Assembly: GCA_002633005.1 (NCBI GenBank)
Contig: NMRA01000693.1
Location: forward strand, 136,473 to 200,472
Length of the DNA stretch: 64,000 bases
Source: Phoronis australis
Taxonomy: Eukaryota > Animalia > Phoronida
Direction of reading: 5' to 3'
Positions 63,664-64,000 of this stretch are shown here, piece after piece. The translations under genes were made by a program, and so were the position numbers. The stretch's first letter is position 1; every line of letters starts with the position of its first letter. Under the pieces are notes generated by a model, which saw only the letters and a program-made list of their open reading frames with translations, was not told the DNA's origin and searched no databases.

Positions 63664-64000
63664 TTAAGGTGACTTTGGAGAAGAATTCCAACTCCACTTT
63701 TTCACCACGCGCGCGATAACTACAAAGTATTTCAACTGAGTCACGTGAGTTAGGTAAAGGCTAGCGCGAGGTTGAGTGAAGCGCGTGACGCTGGCGTGTG
63801 ACACTTGGAAAACAGCATGGGACGGGTATCAGGTGAAATTTGTGTCCCTTCGACTTTTTTCGTCCACGTGCGTGATTTCACGTAACTTCCTCAAAATGGC
63901 AACAGATAAGAGAAACTCGAGCAAACCGGGACAGATTTTCAACGCTTTGTTCAAATTATCTTGACTGAATTGTCTCCAGACCTATGGTATGTGTTAATTA

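Larger units (their letters stand above)
62453..64000. mobile_element. Second copy of the 36160-36771 repeat, interrupted by a TTAA-flanked insertion and truncated at the window end
   Basis: 62453-62697 and 63664-64000 align contiguously to 36160-36771. Confidence 0.85.

Overview
Eukaryotic, AT-rich genomic DNA with spliceosomal introns. The repeat content suggests a bilaterian invertebrate, but the species cannot be determined from the sequence. The left 36 kb holds the 5' part of CEP290 on the minus strand: 31 coding exons read by hand, all GT-AG and phase-compatible, 4194 nt / 1398 codons from MAPVDWNTIMVSNPDDL, running off the left edge. The right part holds a two-exon secreted protein (fibrinogen-type N-terminal subdomain fused to an unrecognised C-terminal domain), a two-exon ankyrin-repeat gene, and many decayed transposons (L1/Tx1, CR1/L2, Penelope, SINEs, MITEs, a Kolobok-like relic). 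Two near-perfect tandem duplications joined by a single N are most likely assembly artefacts. The most striking unexplained structures are (i) a Helentron/HINE-like element carrying 14 co-oriented CTCF-like motifs at about 145-160 bp spacing, (ii) decayed 'echo' copies of exon ends and minisatellites starting at CEP290 splice sites, and (iii) a foldback of two degenerate hammerhead motifs. No database searches were run; family assignments come from motif recognition, and novelty is not established for any finding.
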